Source: Azolla caroliniana
Taxonomy: Eukaryota > Plantae > Polypodiophyta
Assembly: GCA_043228905.1 (NCBI GenBank)
Contig: JBHGNT010000549.1
Coordinates: 1-20,992, forward strand
Direction: 5' to 3'
DNA: 20,992 bases
In this document: one piece after another, positions 20,455 through 20,992 of the stretch
Position numbering within the stretch: the first letter of the stretch is position 1
How the letters are laid out: each line of letters opens with the position of its first letter
Program-made: the position numbers and the translations under genes
The notes under the pieces: model-generated
Told to the model about the DNA's origin: nothing
Database searches by the model: none
The model's input: the letters and a program-made list of their open reading frames with translations, nothing else

Positions 20455-20992
20455 GTACTTACAGTTATTTTAAGTTTTTGCACACTTATATTTTGCTTGG
20501 TCTCATGGGCCATCATGATCCTCTAATTCAAGCTCAACAACATTTTCTCTTCTTTGAATGATATAAAGTCACTTATGCTTTTTGACTATGAAATAAAAAT
20601 ATTAAATTGCTACCAATATGCCTGCTTTAGTTTACTCATGTTGTTTTCTTAAATAGATATAATGGACAAATGAAGTCACAGATTTATAAATCTTGAAATC
20701 TGACTCGGAGATTCAAATTTTGGTTTGCATCTTCATGCAAAAAGTCGATAATTCAACATTCATTAAAGAAGGCACTTGCATCTGAGGTAGGTTAAACCAT
20801 CATTTTTGCACAGTTAGGAATATTTTGCATTGTGGCTGGAAAAATCAAATGAAAGGAGAGAAAGGTTCCCTTTACATACGAAGTCATTTGTAATGATGAG
20901 TGGGGTTCAATCTCCAGAAATGGGCTTATTAAAAATTTGGTTATGTGAAATGTCACTAGGACATTATTCAGATAAGATTTTTCATTTATATT

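Noticed and set aside
1-20992. tRNA, rRNA, CRISPR arrays or prokaryotic operons
   Set aside because: None seen; the only tRNA-related sequence is the PBS, and the repeats lack repeat-spacer organisation.

Overview
AT-rich land-plant nuclear DNA with spliceosomal GT-AG introns; the species cannot be fixed from sequence alone. Three host genes are present. (1) A two-exon methyl-CpG-binding-domain (MBD) gene on + (438-1418, 4576-5211; ~538 aa), with the MBD split by a 3.2-kb intron. (2) A three-exon ~143-aa conserved plant protein of unknown function on - (9360-9300, 8121-8030, 7561-7283). (3) The first two exons of a TTC4/Cns1-like TPR co-chaperone gene on + (19076-19183, 20243-20454), with an apparent 1-nt frameshift in an A5 run. 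Between genes 2 and 3 is a nested retroelement block: an old, heavily decayed Ty3/Gypsy remnant (integrase ~10480-11515, putative PPT/LTR ~18152-18539) interrupted by a structurally complete but inactivated Ty1/Copia element (12515-17985; LTRs of 431 and 456 bp, GGAGG TSD, Met-i PBS, PPT). The most unusual signals are a ~183-codon acidic-then-Arg/Gly-rich extension after Copia RNase H bracketed by two identical PPT-like motifs, a row of short palindromes in the LTR including a stem that would loop out the PPT, and a hammerhead-like three-stem fold at the reconstructed pre-insertion site. None is proven to be a new system; all counts are manual readings.
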